From Stegostoma tigrinum (lineage: Eukaryota): a stretch of 64,000 bases of DNA. Both the position numbers and the translations under genes were made by a program. This document shows, piece by piece, positions 61,905 through 64,000 of the stretch. The stretch covers positions 46,261,424-46,325,423 of the forward strand of contig NC_081360.1 in NCBI RefSeq assembly GCF_030684315.1. Direction: 5' to 3'. The notes beneath the pieces are model-generated. The model did not search any database. It was not told the DNA's origin and saw only the letters and a list, made by a program, of their open reading frames with translations. How positions within the stretch are numbered: position 1 is the stretch's first letter; every line of letters starts with the position of its first letter.

Positions 61905-62090
61905 ATTACAGTTGAAGTCACTGTTGCAATACAGTAGAGTGCAGCAGCTATTCTGGGCAGTATCTCAATTAGTTGTGAGATGAATGACTTGTTTTCCTTT
62001 TGTGTTATGAGGTAAAGAAGCTGTTAGTAAATCATTCCACGCTCTTCCATTTTAAGTGGACATCAAATGTATAACTTACATCAGTTGAAG
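61905..62090 (-). mobile_element. Decayed DeuSINE (SacSINE1-like) fragment
   Basis: gaagtcactgttgcaatacagtag..gcagcagctattctg resembles the Deu-domain; the match is weak. Confidence 0.4.
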
Positions 62091-63131
62091 TGGTATGCAT
62101 TTATCCAATCGTTGTGTAATCTATTCATTGCTTTTAAAAATCTGATTTATGTAAAGGCAGTTAATGTCATGATTAAAATCAGTTTTACTTTTAGTTCCTG
62201 TGTGAACATTAATACTTTATTAATTTTTTTATTAAGACATTAATAACGACACGTCCAGAACAGACAACAAAACTGAACTTCCTCGCATCTAGCCCAACTC
62301 TGTTATGCCAGTTGCTACCTCGTCTTCTCCTCAAACGTTTATTTAAAGAAACAGAGTTTATTTCCTTCATGTTTTAAAGGCCTCAATGATATGTTCTCAA
62401 AGTCCAGACTTCTTTGTACTGCATTGGCTGTGCAATGTTTTGGGATGTCCTTGGGGGTTCTTTTGTATTTCAACACCTGCCCACTAGGGAAAAGACAGGT
62501 TCCTAGGCCTATGAATGCGAAAACTAGCTATCATTTTGATGGGTCCTCATTTGGAAATATCTCATACATATATATTCTGTAATATGTCAAGGTTTTTCTT
62601 TAAATGTTGCATCACTAATTTAAAGTTGCGCTGCTACAGCAATACAATGGGATGCCATGTTCATTCTCACCATGGTTCCTTGGTATTGATTGTGAAGCAA
62701 AATCCTGCTTTCCCTCCTTGTTTACTCTCCGTCTGTTTGTGTCTCAAGCATGTAACCTTACACTGTTTTAACACTCCTCGACTTGTTTTAACCAGACACA
62801 CCAGATTGTACTCAAATCTTTGAAAAAATAACTTAGAACTGGAAACTTGCAATATTTTGAAGCTGTTTGCTTTTCTTAGTTTCTTGAGCTAAGCACTTGT
62901 TGAAATAATTAATTTCCTAGCAGTTCAAAGGGGCAAGTGCGCCAAGTCCGTATAATATCTATTGACTTTTACATCTGGTTTCAATCTAGCTTAGACCAAC
63001 TAATTGCAATTCTCTGATTTTTGGCTGTATCTTGTATGAAAGATGCAATTTTGATTTATGTGCAAGATTTCTGGAGGAATACCTGGTATAATTTTATATA
63101 CTTAATTTACATATTGGTGATTCTTTGGTAG

Positions 63132-63183
63132 GAACTTGACCAGATGACCTCTGGAATGCCAGCCACTCCGAGACCTGGTCAAG
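63132..63183 (+). CDS. lnpk: lnpk exon 8 (gene continues beyond the window)
   Basis: ggtag|ELDQMTSGMPATPRPGQ(E)|gtaagc resembles human ECEPPSAGAAVTARPGQE. Confidence 0.88.
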
Positions 63184-63489
63184 GTAAGCTATTATTTGCA
63201 AGAATTGGCAGTTTGTTCTTTTCTACTAAGTCCCCAAATATAGTTTTCATATTATTAATAACATATGTTACAGATTTATTTATCTAAATGGAATGCAAAG
63301 ATAGGGAATAAAAGCAAGTTATTTGATTTTTTTTTAAGAAATGAACATAATATTTTTTCTTGTAAAACAGCATGTCATCTGTTGTCAGCAGTGATTTTGT
63401 TTAACTAAATGTTGAACCACAAGTGATTATTGACTGCTCTGTCTCAGCTCATCTGCAGCTGAAACCATTACTAATACCCTTGTTACCTC

Positions 63490-63970
63490 TAGACATGTTC
63501 ATTCCATAACCTCAAGCCTAAACAAAACTCTGCTGCTGTATCTGAACTTGCACCATGTTCTTTTCACTCATTAGCCCAAACACACTGACCTGTATAAGAA
63601 CCCAGTTTATTACTTCAGTTTTAAAGTTTTCATCTTTGTTTTCAAGTCCCTCATGGCTTTACCCTTCCCTATCCGTGTAACCTCTCCCACTCCAATTCTC
63701 CAAAGTATGGCCTCTTGTGTCTCCCTGATTTTAATTAGTCCATTATTGGCAACCATGCTTTCAGTTACCCGATTTGAGCACAGACATTCCCTCCATCAAC
63801 CTTTCCACCCATCTTATCTCCTTTTCTAAAATTTACCTCTTTGACTAAGCAATTGAATATTTGACCTTGTAAACCAGTCTCAGGTTTCAAATATTGTTTA
63901 AAGGCATTCCTGTGAAATGTCATGATGCATTTTAGTACATTAAGGGTGCTATATCTGAGTCGCAGTTGTT
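63490..63970 (+). mobile_element. L2-clade LINE 3' end
   Basis: caaaactctgctgct (QNSAA) and tttaaagttttcatctttgttttcaagtccctc-atggc (FKVFIFVFKSL.G), with tail aagggtgctatat...gttgtt. Confidence 0.7.
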
Positions 63971-64000
63971 ACAAGGAAAGTATCATTGGATCCAATGATA

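Noticed and set aside
1-64000. CRISPR arrays, tRNA/rRNA genes, prokaryotic operons, and the remaining short ORFs in the track
   Set aside because: The DNA is vertebrate with spliced genes. No repeat-spacer arrays are present, tRNA-like boxes belong to SINE heads, and the other ORFs are LINE remnants or chance.

Overview
Vertebrate (not prokaryotic) DNA from the posterior end of a HoxD cluster of a cartilaginous fish, most likely a shark. It contains an intact three-exon Hoxd14 (minus strand, split homeobox, WFQNQR signature), a divergently transcribed three-exon Evx2 (plus strand, 424 aa), and the first eight exons of Lunapark/lnpk (plus strand, runs off the window). The first ~18.5 kb is CpG-retaining and almost free of repeats, with several blocks that look like conserved non-coding elements and two N-runs inside such sequence. 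The lnpk introns are CpG-depleted and packed with decayed CR1/L2 LINEs, SINEs and Penelope-like retroelement (PLE) remnants. The most unusual observations are: (1) a family of short, often palindromic PLE-derived elements carrying minimal hammerhead-ribozyme cores, one copy lying in sense orientation in Hoxd14 intron 1; (2) a perfect-consensus but non-productive splice donor competing with the weak productive donor of Hoxd14 exon 1; (3) N-runs that may be masked ultraconserved elements. All calls were made by eye; repeat boundaries are approximate and no database searches were run.
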